Assembly: GCA_965637545.1 (NCBI GenBank)
Contig: OZ281497.1
Location: 20,956,001 to 21,020,000, forward strand
From: Phallusia mammillata
Lineage: Eukaryota
DNA length: 64,000 nt
Direction of reading: 5' to 3'
Numbering within the stretch: position 1 is the first letter of the stretch; each line of letters opens with the position of its first letter. Below are positions 34,137 through 47,900 of this stretch, piece after piece. The position numbers and the translations under genes are program-made. A model generated the notes under the pieces. The model did not search any database. It saw only the letters and a program-made list of their open reading frames with translations, and was not told the origin of the DNA.

Positions 34137-37100
34137 TTAATAATTAAAACTTTGTTGAAGGGATGCTAATAGAGCAACAACTACCGACAAATAAACGCCA
34201 TGCAGTTGTTGAGTAGAACTTGTTGTTTTGTCGGTTGTTGAGTCCGGACCAGAGCAACTGTTTGTCTCCACCAAGGGGAAATCAATTTTTGGCGGTTGAA
34301 CATACTTCTTGACCTGTTTTAATGCCATCACAAGGTTTCAAACTTGTGAGATAAATATTTACATCATCAACCCGGAATAAAATGGAAGTAGGCCATTCTA
34401 GTTTTCAACAATGATAAGAATATTTCCTACATAGTATCAATTGTAACAAATTCATTGCATTAAGTGCAGTACATGGATAAAACGAAGTATATACCTGCAC
34501 TACCCCTATACCCCATATGTCGTGCCTCACTTTGGGTACAAAACAAAAGGGTTTAGTTAGTTGGATGAGAACTGTTATTTCTTACCGGAAAGTTGGTGCA
34601 AAAGTTGGTTTGTGCAGAAGTGTTTACAGTAAACATAAATTTTAATAGGCCATATCTCACCCCGGCAGTTGGTTCTCTTTTGCTGATGCAATTCTGTACT
34701 CTGAGCATAGATCTTGCAGCTAAACTGAAGTCGTCAGCCGATTCCTCGTTCCAGTTCAGCTAAAATTAACAGGTATGTAAATTAGAGCGATTTTTTATGA
34801 TAGAAGTTGTTGCCTCTGATAGAGACTACAATGCATTTCCTTACGGAATTAAGAACTTCCATAACAGTTTTGTTCTCGTACTTCGGTGGTGATTGAATTA
34901 GAAGGTTGTTCAAATCCGGGATATAATCGTCACCGACGACCCTAAAGCAGCAAATATGTTTACATGTCCACAAACATATTTGAGGAAATTCGTACTAAAA
35001 AGCATATACCTGCTGACTTAAACCTATTTATATTTATATTAAAATATAGCTTTGTTCTAAAACTTAAACATAAAACACCGTGACTTACTTTACACGCCCT
35101 ATTCCAAAATATCGAAGTAAGGAAGTGGAATTTGGCATGGTTTCACAAAAGTCTAGTGACATCTTGGGATAGTAGTAAACAAAAGTCTGACACATTTCAT
35201 TTTCCGTGGACAGTCCACCCTAAAACAAAATTTAACCACGTAATTGCAGCAAATTAAAAACGGAGGAAGGTAAAATGCACATAACTAAAAAACGTAGCCT
35301 ATAGTTGACGAAAAGTGTATGTGCGTCTGTTACGAGCATGATAAAAAAAAAAAATTGTTCGTTTGTTATTAAAATGTGTTCCCTGTTGCAACCAATGGAC
35401 GTCCACAGCGTGTAAATATGGCCATACCACTGTAACATTTTCTCTTTTAAGCGTATTGTAGTTGCAAATCATCTGTATGGAATCTCCCGATTCCAAGACA
35501 CGTTCCTCTGGCAACATTCGATACTCTTGAAAATTAAAGTCGTATGAAGAATCCTTGGCAAAATACGGAAGCTCTGTGCCATTCCTGAAATAAAAACAGG
35601 CAGCAGGTTTCTAAATCACAGCTGTTATAAATGTGGAGCACAAATCTTTATCGAAATTTTCCTGCTTTGGGATTAAAAAGAATGCAGCATATAGCAGCAA
35701 AGCACTAATGTTATACTGGGTGGCAGTTTTAAAATTCAGCAAGCAGAGCTGAAAATTTCTTTACGGCCCATAAACAATGTTGACATCTTACCTTAAATGT
35801 CTAAGTGTCATTCCCTTGGCAAGCAAGTGACTGTGCAGCAAAACAGCAAACACGTTGATAGAGTCATGTCCTTCTGCCTTCAAAGTCTATGCAAATGACA
35901 ATTTCAACAATGTATTGGTATAAAGCGTAGAGCGTAGATTTAGAATATTATTTGAAAGGTGGGATTCGAATCTACGACAGGAGTCTTTTCGGGGCTCGCG
36001 CTCTACTACCCGAGTTACACAGGCTCATTGGTGAGCGTTTCGTAAGTCAAATTACAAGCACCGATGCCTGCTCCGTATGCTGCACATGTAAGCTTTTTTC
36101 GTAGTATAGGGCATCGTCGGATTATCCAGTAATCAGTAAGGAGTCATAAATGGGATCAGTCATATAAATCGTTTATGCAAACCAGCAATCACGGCACACT
36201 CATGTATAAATAGTATTGAAGGCCCATGAACCAGCCGGTCACCAAAGATTCCCATTTGGCAAGGCGCAAGCTAGAATAATTTAGTCTTGGGTTGGATTCG
36301 AATATCGTTTTATTTACCTCAACTTAGATTTTAAAAAAACATTTACAAACAGTGTGACAGTGACGAATCGACTGTGTTACAACACGGTGACGAATCTGTT
36401 AATGTAGAATCTTGATTATCCTTTTAATACTTTGATTCATATGTATACCTCCGATAGACAGTTCGCAGGGCATTCGCTGTAATCCAGAACGGATTCCGCA
36501 TTTGGAGGAATAATATGTTGAAGTCCGCTGATCCCGTGTCCAACCACCATAATACCCGCATCATATGTGCGTAGGTCTGGTGTGTATGTGAAGCGATAAC
36601 CGGAGGAGTCGACCATATCTAGATATTCACGTAAAAGAACATCCTGATTATCTCGTTATTTAGCATACAACGGTGAAAAACTAAATTAATTTTCTTCTGA
36701 CAGTTTTGCGACCCATTTAGCAACCCATTGTAACTTGCAAGCTCATCCAAAAAAATACCAAAAGTTTTGCGCATACTAAATTTAACACTTACTTTACACA
36801 AAAATGGGAAGGGTATCAGCTAGTCTTTTTGGCTTTTCTTTTGCAAAATTGAATAACCAGTCACATCACACTACCGGCATATTTTACTTCTAGTACACAA
36901 CCTTGTATTATCCAATTTAGTTTTACTATTTTCGTAATAAGTCATCTCTTAATGCAACAAAAACAAGTTTGAATAAAATGGTAGGATTAAGTTGCTTAAG
37001 TTCATATGTTTATTGTTTTTGTGCTTATATGCATGTTTTCTATTTTACTGATGACAGATATTTTGCTTTTGATTGTTTATTTAAAATTTCCCGACCCCCA

Positions 37101-40100
37101 GGTTAAAAACCACTATCGTTAATTAACGAAGCCCACCTGTTCTAATTTGTGGATTGTCATAGTGGGTTTGGAGTATAACAACCTTTGGATCGCCTGGAGT
37201 GCCCAGAGAAAATCCAGTATGTTTAGGAAAGTAGAACGCCTGGTGAACCAGCAAAAATGTTGGGTAATACTTTTACACTGCTACATATTCAACACCTCAA
37301 ATTAGTCACTTTGTTCCAGTTTGAAAGAACATTAAAAGTAATGTGTTGAAATAGTTAATTTATACAACAGTGGGAAAATTGGTTGTAGTTTGCTACATTA
37401 TATCCTATATGTTTGAAAAAGCGAAACGCCTAATAAAAACCGATTAAATTGTATGGTTATATGTACCCAACAGTGGGAAAATTGAGAGTTTCTAAAGTTT
37501 CGAAACTACAGTCTAAAAAACACTAAAATCATTGAAGAAGTGTGTTAGTTTGTACAACAGTAGCAAATATGATTGCAGTTTGCTAAATTACCCCTCCGCC
37601 GATGGACCAGGCTGCAACGGTTGACAGGCAGGAGTTAAAATCTTCGGGCATGCCGCTGGCAAAACATCTTGTATTCTCGTTGACGTTGGTCTGTGGATTA
37701 AAAATGTTGGTAGGTGGGTAAACGTTTTAAGTTGGGACCGGGGATGGATAAAATACACGAATAAAATGTAGTTCTCACAGACATATATACTGACTGTAAT
37801 GTGTTTGAACTGTTTTTTTTTATTCCTTAGTCCACGAAGCTTCTGGCTTAAGTAAAATCTCAACTCGGAAAGTACAATCATTGTAATTCGAAAATTTATT
37901 GATTTGTAAGTTTATTTTATTTGAAAGTTTGTTAAAGCATGCATTTGTCATTATACTGACAACCTTTGTTAACATTTTAAAGCAGTTCAAATCCGACAAG
38001 AAAATCATGTCTGTATCGCAAAGCACCAATGACACGAAAACCCTGGTGAGATATGAAGTGTAATAGACGTAAATTATTTAAAATATTTTCATTTTTGTCG
38101 ACAATAATGCTTAACAAAGTGTTATTTAACGCTTTAGAATCCTGTTGACACTCGAGGTTTAAAGTCAGGACGTTTTTTGGGGCCTTTTCGGGCCAGGTTA
38201 AGTTCCCTAAAAGAAACGGACTTGATTTAGGCCTGACGTCACACTCTGTGTCAGTATATTTTTTAAATAAATTTAACTAGCTAAGTAGCTAGTTGCTGAA
38301 CTAAACCTACAGCCCCGAAACGCCATTTTAAAAGACCATTGTTTGTTATTGTCTACTGTACTGCGTTTGTTGTATATTTGTCTTTCCGGAGACATCTTTG
38401 TATAGGCCTATCAATTAAATTTCGAGCTTCCCATCAACGATTCGGTTACAGGCCAGGTTTCGAGCTGTTACTCTCGGGTTTGGGTTCTAAATTTAGGGCC
38501 GTTTACAACTTTAGTTGACACAACAGCAATACTTACTGTGTTAAAGTTGTCTTTGCATCGGTAAACATCCATGTGATGAACATTAAGCTCATTTCCTTTC
38601 TGAATAATAGCTTCAACCTACAATAACACAGGCTCTCGGTAAATGTTTTCTACATTTTTTCTTACGCAGTTTTCATCCACACCTTTACTAAATGCTGCTT
38701 TGAAGGGAAGTCAGGAATCCTAAATAAACGGCAGTTATAGTAGGTGTCGACTGGTGGTACCAGAAAGTTGTTGTTAAAAATGTCAAATGTCAAATGTGTT
38801 TCTCCTTCCGGAAAGGCATCCCCATCAGTTTCGGGAAGATTAAAAAGCAGAAGTTTTTTCACTCCTGAAAACGTTTTTGTATTTAAGTTAGTTAAAATAT
38901 TTGTTCAAAAAATGTAGGCATTATTACAAAGATTAGGCTCATAGTTTTATGGGTCTACACATCTCCTACGTACTGTTTGCTAAAGGATAGATACTAAAAC
39001 AGCTTAGACGCATAGCAACGTAAAATACGTTGTCGCCATTGGTGAAACTCCACGAAAAATCCTTGTTGGCATTAGTTGAGCGACAAGCTTGTTATGTATG
39101 TTCTAAAGCCGCAAGCACCACAAGAAGATGTTTAACTTTGTCGGTAACGAACAGCAGGCCATAAGCGACCTGACAGACTCGGCATTTTGAAGGGCTGTAA
39201 TTTCTAAATCAATGTTACTGCTATAACGGCTGACAAGTCTCACTATTGGACATACTGTGTACTGCTCAATCGACAAATAACAAAGCGGAAAACGGTTTCT
39301 AAGCTTTCGTTATTTTTGTAAAAACAAGGTAAAAAGTAAAATGGTGGTTAATAAACTTAGCGTAACTCGCACACATAAAACAAACTGTAAACAGAAATCG
39401 TTCGAAGTCAATACAGTCTACCTTGTTACTAGACCACCTCTCGAAAAACGAGACCCACAAAAGACATCGCCCGTTTGTCAGGAATTCCCCGCGGGAAAAA
39501 AGCCTAATTGCAAGTGCCAAAGAAACTATCACCACAGTATTTGCAATCAGGGCAACGCGCTGAATTGCCAGGCGGTGCTTGAGTTCGAAACAGACAAATG
39601 TTGCTTATAATTATGATAAAAATTTAAATTTATTTTATTGTATGGGTGAAGTATTGGTCGTTACTGAAATTACAAAAACGCTTACCTCTATTAGTAAATT
39701 TATGTCGGTCATCTCCACTTAGATCATCTCCAGATGGATCTTCGTCACCCCAAGCGAAAATCATCTTTATAGTGTCATCCTGTAAGATATGTTGGTACAG
39801 TATTTCATTTTTAAATCATTTTTTCCGGGATTAAAAAACTTTTTTAATTTTTTTCACTGCACCTGTTTGTACGTAGATGTATGAATGGTTTCAAAAGCGG
39901 CATAATGTTTATTAAGGCAATTAGAAATGCTTGAAACCGAATAATCAAATCAACCACAAATGAGGGATCTATATAGCATTTACAGCCTGTTTCATACCGT
40001 TATGTCCAAGTCTTCACTGTCACAGGTGACGAGCAAACGTCGAAACTTGATCACAGTGTAACCATCGACTTCCATTCCCTCCAACAACTCAAGATTCTGA

Positions 40101-41445
40101 ACAGTGTCAACAGGTGGGAAACCGTTTTGGCTCCCGCCGTGACGATCCTGAAACGAAACTCGTCATGTCAAAATGTCAGAACGGCACGCACGCTAATATT
40201 TCCTGATCTATTGGGTTTACTAAACACCAATCTCATCAGAGTTCTTGTGATAAATGTAACTACCTTTTTCACGATTTCATCAGTTAGTGCATAAACTGTA
40301 ACTTATTTTTAAACGTAATTTGTTATTCGTAACTAAATTTATATGTTTACGTCACTTGAGGTTTTCACAAATTAAACACAGGTCAATTTTACTTTAGCAT
40401 ATTGATAGCGTGTCATGCTATGGGCCGGTTAATATTACTTTTTGACAGAATGTCGTGACTTTCGTATCAAAAGTCCTGTCAACATGCGTTCTACACTGTA
40501 ACAAGTTTTACACAGTCTGACGTTTCAATGCAAACACTACTTGCCGTAAGTACTGTTTTTCCGTTTTTCACCCAGCCAACAGCAATATCAGCGTCTGCCA
40601 TACTTCCTGATGGTGAAATGCCGATTCCAACCCATCCTTTCGTCTTGCCATGAACCTTAAACAAAGGGGGAGTTACTTTCGATTTTTCAAACCGAACTGC
40701 TAAGCAGTGGTTCTCAACTCCTCCCAAGAGAAATTTACTTTAATTTGTACATGTGGTTTGTGTGGTTAGCTCTGGATATGACCTGTGAAGATAATATGAG
40801 ACCTTATTTTAAATCAACTTTTTATACTACGCAACGCTAACTCTGAAGCAGTGGTTCCCAACCTGGGGTTCGCGGACCCCCAAAGGGTCCGTGAGATGGT
40901 TTCAGAGGGTCCGTGGAGGCAAACATTTTTAGTAGCATTAACAGCAGTACACTATTTTTAAGTTCCCTAACCGTTTTTACAATCTTGCATATGAGTGCAA
41001 ACCGCAAATTGTTAATATTTGCCCAATGTACAGATCGGAAATCCCCATGTACAGATAGAATTGGAATAGTAGTCAGGAAGCAAACAGCTGCTTTCCACGT
41101 GTAAACACCACTATTTCAACAAAATAAAGAAAACACAAGCAATGTATTAACTTTAAATGTAAAAACCAGTACTGTTACATGAACTTGTATACCACTGACA
41201 GATATATTTGCGATTTATATTGATACAATTGCCTTAAATTAATACGTTGTTTGCATCGTCAAACGAAACTAAGCTATTTTACCGACCTCAAAAGTGATGG
41301 AAGTGTCGTCGAAATTCCAATAGACTGTCATAACTTCATTCAAATCCAACACCATGTGGTAAGCAAAACTTTCTGTCGTACTGGGTTGGCATTGAGCAAA
41401 GAAAACCGACCACGAAAGAGTTAAAATTTGCAAAATGAAAAACAT
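34137..41445 (-). CDS. MOXD1: DBH-like copper monooxygenase (MOXD1-like) paralogue 1, 634 aa, predicted signal peptide, DOMON, Cu type II domains, GPI-type tail
   Basis: 15 exons: 41445-41287, 40655-40545 (GC donor), 40147-39998, 39779-39686, 38864-38683, 38617-38537, 37690-37592, 37239-37137, 36618-36449, 35886-35792, 35584-35428, 35219-35089, 34941-34845, 34759-34661, 34313-34137. Open frame throughout. CuH ligands VHH and THY; CuM ligands HSH and EMC. Symbol is family-level only. Confidence 0.92.
35955..36024 (-). mobile_element. tRNA-derived SINE-like head or tRNA pseudogene in intron 9 of MOXD1-like paralogue 1
   Basis: Minus strand GCCTGTGTAACTCGGGTAGTAGAGCGCG...GTAGATTCGAATCCCACC: A-box-like and B-box-like elements at tRNA-like spacing; no convincing acceptor stem or anticodon arm. 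Confidence 0.55.
38152..38513 (-). mobile_element. hAT-type MITE (362 bp) in intron 6 of paralogue 1
   Basis: Perfect 8-bp TSD GTTGACAC (38144-38151 and 38514-38521); imperfect TIRs resembling TAGAGTTGTAAA; family shared with 9800-10130 and 60887-61083. Confidence 0.8.
40849..40919 (+). mobile_element. Truncated hAT (Charlie-like) left end
   Basis: CAGTGGTTCCCAACCTGGGGTTCGCGGACCCC...; a second stub CAGTGGTTCTCAAC at 40705. Confidence 0.55.
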
Positions 41446-44400
41446 AGCGAATTTGAGGCAAGTCCAGCATATAGGTTAACTTAACAGAAAATGTGATTAT
41501 AGGTTAGTAATAGTTTAACAATCCCATTATACCACAAAACCACAAAGATTATACACTGTTATTATAGGATTGCCATATCTGCGAAGGCAAAATTCCAATC
41601 ACTATTCCGTTACAATGCTTTACAAAACGTTTCACAAGCTGTGGCCCTTTTAACAGAATATTGTCAGATGAATACACGCGGTAGGGTGCATCGCGTATCA
41701 AAATTAGCGCAGACAACCGTTGTAATGTCAACTTTTTAGTAGCCCTTTTAAAAAGAATTGTGAAAAGTGCTGTAGGTTAAGCGACTTGGCGTTAAAATAC
41801 CGGACATTTGGAGTATTTTTGCAATTTATTTCCGGACACATATTTCACGCCCTAATTCAGGATGTTCCGGAAGTTCTTTGATGCTTATGCATTTCTCGCA
41901 CCCCTCGCACCCTAAAGAAATATAAGCTTACATCACGACAGATTAGCAGCGGAAACGTTGAAGATTTAAAATAGTATTTATTTCACAATTTCCGCAGCAG
42001 CAATGCTTGGTCGCTGTGTTATAAAAAATGATAATAATGTGCTGGTCAATTGCAGTGAACTACGAAAACCTGATCTTATTTCTATTCTACTTCTATCAAG
42101 TGAGTCTCAACAACTACTTCTGACACAGTTAATAGTGCGGTTACTAATACAATTTGTTTTCAGTGTCTTTAAAGATACTCTTACATGAGAAGAACTGCTC
42201 ATACATAGTTACATAGAAAAAATACATTTGACAAGCACAGCTGTGACACAAGTTTGGCAGCGTAACGTCCAAAGGGAATATTAACCACAGCTGAACCGGT
42301 TGCACACGAGGACGCGCTTGGTCCCGATAATGAAAAAAATCGGTCGTCTACAGTCGCGAATATGTTCATTATCACGATTCCTAAAGCTTGCTGCACGGAA
42401 CCGGCATACTTCACATAAGAACAGTTTGGTTCCTGTCTTTTATTCTGGTTGCGCAACATACGCAATATCAAATATAATTTATTTTCAAGTATTGGAAGAA
42501 AATAAAATAAAGATCAAAACTAAAACAATGGCTTTCAAACTATGAAACACAAAAAAATCTGCTGCAATGGATTGCACAACTATTCGTAATAAGTGGTTTA
42601 CGCAACGGCCCATCTTAAAAGAACAGGAAACCGAGAACACGAATTGTGTGGAGACAGCGACACCGAATATGGACTTCCAATATTTGATACAGTAAAGCAA
42701 CACTGATCATCACCATATATCTCAAACAACATATGATTTTTGTGGGAACAAAAATCATGCTTGTAAAGGTGAAATTTTCCACTAGTTTATGTTTAGCCGA
42801 ACCAATGTGCCAAAACGATAGTTTAAAAGCACGTGGCCTCTATAAATACTCCGGCGCTACGAGGTATTAACTGGGTTATATATATATATATATATGAACA
42901 CAGGGGACACATGGTAGGAATCGTTGCGGTAAAAGCGTACAGTACAGTAGCAGAGGGACACGTGTTGGAGGCGCCACGTGTGTTAAAGGGGAAGTAGGAG
43001 ACATTTTGCGGTAAGTCGGAGGAGTAGAAGGAATGTTGTGGTGGTGTTGGGTGACAGAAACGTGGGAACAAGTGCAGGTACTACCCCTTTGGGAATGTGA
43101 AATCATTTTACCACTGACCTACTTCACAATTGAATGGCTGCACTTTCGCTGCGCGCTAAGAGTAATAAAAGCAGCGTTGCAATAAAAACGTTATTTTAAG
43201 CTGCATTAAAAAAAACTGACTCAAATAGAGGATTTCTTTAAATCACCACACCTCTTTAATCTATATTTTTAAACGTAGAAACTACTTTAAGCTAAAAGTC
43301 AAAAAACTACAAAAAAAGCCTTAAAAAAAATCAAAGTCAAAAGTCAAAAAAGTACTGAAACTATACCTTGCCGAAAAAACAAAAATACACAGTGGTAGGT
43401 GCTTTAAAATGAATTGCAACTAGGGAATTAAAAATCTCCCTTTTTGCAAAAGGAGATTATTACAATGTTTTCCTGTGGCCCCCGACAAGGACTGGCTAAA
43501 TGGCACCAGACACGGCACGTTTTAAGGAAGTGGGCAAGAAAACATACAATGACTTCAACAGTCAAACGTGCAGCCCTGGAGTCTTTCCTGCGGGACTAGA
43601 AGTAAAAAATAACTGAAAGCAGAGAGATTTTTATCAACTTTGTCACAAACGAGTTCAGATTGTATTCTTATCTACATATTTCGACAACGACGCATCTATC
43701 ATTGCCGATCAAATTTATGACAAAAAGACGTTGCAGCAAATGGGATGCGGTGCTAAAGATAAATCCGAGGCTTACCTACGCCAGGTTATCAAAAAACGCT
43801 AACGGCTGCGCAATCTACTATCCCAGGCAGAGCTTAATTGGTCGAGTGGTCAGAAAGCAAATGTTGAAAGCCTTATTTCAAAGCAGAGTCGAGTTTATGA
43901 TTTTCTCCAGAGTGGTCTTTCAGAATCTGGCTCTTGGTCAACTTTGTCCCAGTGGCATTGTGATCAACATACCTCTGGCAGTGTTTGCTGCGAGACCGCG
44001 TAAAGATTAATAGAAAATAACCTTCAGGCCACAAAGTGTTTTTTACCCCAATTGTGGCGTTTCAAAAAATCCGAAAGAGACGGCAAACTTAGAGTACAGA
44101 ACACGTGTTGCTGCATGTGACGACAACAGACAGCACATGTATCAAAACGCACTACTGGTAAACGCACAACAGAACTTGTTGGGGTGGTCGCTATTGTTTT
44201 ACAGCAGCTTACTCACCGCCGATAATTATCGAAAGCACATAAAGATGTAAAAGTTTCTTTCTAATCTGCTATTGAATGATCATGTGGAACTAAAAACAAT
44301 CGAACACTATTAAATACAAATTTAAAATTGATCCTCAAAACTTACTGTTGCAAAGATCACGCGAACAACTTTAGTAGAAACCGCTTAGTTGAAAAATGCA

Positions 44401-44540
44401 TCATGAAAACAACATCACCTTTTGTGTTAAAAATAACATCGTACTGAAAGATTCAAGTGACATAACAGCAATTTCAATTGGAGTTGAGGCCACAATTTCG
44501 GTCACACCAAGCACAGTTTTCTTGGACACACAATCATTGC

Positions 44541-44656
44541 ATTAAAAACCGTTGAAATTTTAAGACTCTCAACACAAACAAAATCAAAAATGATTGCATG
44601 GGAGTTTCGTAGCAGAGCTAGTCATTTCTCCTTCTTGAATAGCAGGACTCGTTTTC
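44541..44656 (-). pseudogene. Decayed copy of a paralogue-3-type terminal (GPI-signal) exon
   Basis: Matches 53936-54065 (agtttcgtagcagagctagtc..ttct.cttcttgaatag; aaaaaccgttgaaa) and translates KTSPAIQEGEMTSSATKL before frameshifting; in-frame stops on both sides. Confidence 0.75.
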
Positions 44657-44981
44657 TAATTTGTTGCATTGAAAGTTTGTTGCCTTTTAACGCAGATACA
44701 GAAAGTCCCACCGCATTTGAATTAACAAAAGTGTGATTTGTCTTTCGCGGTTGATCTTTAATGTGGGCACCAGCGTCACTCTGTGGCGGTTGCAATAACC
44801 AAGGGGCGTTCGAGAATCAATGGAAAATTGTCGGAGCTCGAATAAACCTTGACAGTTGAAACAAAATACAGCAATTTAGCCACATAGTAAACTCAACTTC
44901 AATGATGTTTGTTGACACATGGTAAAATATCTGGAATTAAACTGCAGCAAATTACCTACAACCTTTACGCATACAACGACG

Positions 44982-47900
44982 TTAATAAACAAAACTTTGT
45001 TGTAGGGCTGCTAACAGAGAAGCAACCACGAACAAATAAACGCCATGCAGTCTTTCAGCAGAACTTGTTGTTTTCTTAGCTTCGAAATCGGTGTTGGTTT
45101 GCATTTCCAAAGTTGTTGCTGTCTGCATGTCGGCTGTGGTGCCTGTTGTGGGAGATGTTGGTTCGGAGCAATTGTTTGTCTCCTCAACGTAAGGAAAATC
45201 AATTTTTGGCGCTGGGACATGCTTCTCTACCTGTAATTTCATCACAAGGTTCCGAAAAGAAATTAGGTAGTTTGAACAACTTTAAGGCATTCAGAATGAC
45301 GTGAAAGTTCGCATGGTAACGAATTATAATTGCGTTGGGAGGATGAAAACTACGAAGATGGAAAAATAATGTATACAATTACACCGACTTTACGCCATGT
45401 GTCACTTTTGGTACAAAAACAAAACGTGTTTGTTAGTTGGAAACACCTTTCAATTTACCGTATAAGTTTTTGCGCACGTTTTTATAATAAACATAAATAT
45501 TCAATTATGCCATATCTAACCCCGGCAGGTGGTTCCCCTTTGCTGAAGCAACCCTGAACTCTGAGCATAGATTTTGCAGCTAAACTGAAGTCATCAGCCG
45601 ATTTCTGGTCCCAGTTCAGCTAAAAATATCAGGTTTGTGAATTCAGCCGATTTTTTTTTCGTTTAGACGTTTTTGCCTCCAGTAGAGACTACAATGCATT
45701 TGCTTACGGAATTAAGAACTTCCATAACAGTTTTGTTTTCGTACTCTGGCGGTGAATGAATTAGAAGGTTGTTCAAATCCGGATCATAATCGTCACCGAC
45801 GAACCTAAAGCGATAAATATGTTTATATGTCCAATAATATATATATATGAGAAAATTCGTACTATAAAGCATATGCTGACTTATTATACCTTTTTATGCA
45901 AACCCATCACATAAAGCATATCTGCTGATTTAAGACACTGCTTTAAACTTCATACCCGTTACAAACTTAAACACAAAACACCGTGACTTACTCGACACGC
46001 CCGATTCCAAAATATCGAAGCAAGGAAACTGCATTTGGCACAGTTTCACAAGTGGGTAGTGCAATCTTGGGATAGTAGTAAACAAAAGACAGACACATCT
46101 CCTTGTCGGTGGACAGTCCACCCTAGAATTAATGTGACAACTGCATAAAATAGACACACAGTAGAAAGGTACCTAATATGATCCTAGTTCATAAAAAATT
46201 GGTACTTTTGTAATCTTCGTTTAACATGCGGCCTGTACTTTGTTGCAACCTTTTTTCTAAGCATTAAAGATGAATGCTGAAACGATGCCTTACCACTGTA
46301 ACGTTTTCTTTTCCCAGCGAATTGTAGTTGCAAACCATCTGCATGGTATCTCCCGACATCAAGGCACGTTCCTCAGGCAGTATTCGAATCTCTTGAAAGT
46401 TGAAATCATACGAAGAATCTTTGGCCAAGTACGGAAGTTCTGTACCATTTCTAAAATAGCAGGTAACATACAAAAATACCCTACTAGAACGTAAGAAGAG
46501 CGTCAGTAGTCAGTACAATGTTTTATTTGCAGAAATGTTAATTTTGCATATTTAGAAGGCATCAGTTTCGTCTAAAGGAAAAGAACAATAAAAAGAAACA
46601 GAAAAAGTATCGATATACTTTGTATATTTGATAAGTGAAGACAGATCTGTTAGTCACCACCCTGTTGTACAGGATGATCTATGACATTACACTTATAAAA
46701 GATAACGTGTTTACAGCCTTCTAGGGCACAATATTCGCTTTAAGTATTTCACATTTTTCTGTTCGTGACCAAAAAATGCAGCATGCCAGCCAAGTTCTAC
46801 AAGTGTTGCACTGGCTGACATACTTTGAAATTCACCCAGTAGATCTTAACATCTCTTTGTGGGAGATATACAATGTTGCAATCTTACCTTATATGTCTAA
46901 GAGTCAGTCCCCTGCCAAGCAAGTGACTGTGTAGCACAACAGCAAACACGTTAATAGAGTCATGTCCTTCTGCTTTCAAGTGCTATGCAAATGATAATTT
47001 CGATATTACATGGGTATAGTTTCGACGGATAATAAAATAAATGGGGTAAAATGACCACGGTAGAACCCAATTCAAAACCCATTACTACTAATTGTAACAC
47101 TTTTTTTTTTTCATTTCAGCATAAAATCTAAACTATCGTTTCAATATTTTTTGTGCTTGTACCTCTGATAAACAGTTTGCAGAGCACTCGCCGTAATCCA
47201 GAAAGGTTTCCGCATTTGGAGGAATAATATGTTGATATCCACTGACACCGTGTCCAACCTCCATTACTGCTGCATCGTATGTACGAATCTGTGGTGTGTA
47301 GTAGAAGCGAAGACCGGAGGAGTCGACGATATCTAACAGACATATAAAAAGTACAACCTCATCGAATATAGTTAAAGCAATGTGTGGAATATTGGATCGT
47401 TTGTCAAAGCCTTAAAACGATTTATTTTTGTTTTGATTTAACACCGCAATTGGCGTTTTATGAACTCGATGAACTTGTGCAGGACGCGTCATATATACAG
47501 ACCTAAACACATGTTGGTAGTCGGTAATAATGCATCATATCTTTTAACCATGGACAAAACCGTTTTTTTTTTGCGCTGGCATATCCCATAGGTTTTTGTG
47601 AAATTTCTTTCCATACTTCTCTATACCATAACTGGCAGAAGTAAGTCGACTTGGGCAGTGCCGGATTAAGGGTCTGCTGGCCTGTAGGTACATTTTATAA
47701 GTGGCCCGAAAATCAGGGTTGCCAACTAAAAAATTAGAATTATCAGTATTGCCAAATCAATGTCACAAAGATCGTTGTTGCAACTATAACTCAGGCTACC
47801 ATGCAAAAACCTGGTGATATGCCTAACTAAATCACAACTTTGCGCGTTTTGGCCATTGAAAACGCGTTAACTAGTTTTTGGAGATCAATCTTACGGAGAT

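Noticed and set aside
42860-43100. Locally GC-richer stretch after a (TA)n tract, considered as a solo LTR or promoter
   Set aside because: No TG...CA termini with TSD and no second copy found in the window.
42199-44010. Short peptide resemblance between ORFs 42199-42471 (VVNIPFGRYAA) and 43660-44010 (VINIPLAVFAA)
   Set aside because: Too short and not supported by extended nucleotide similarity; consistent with chance.
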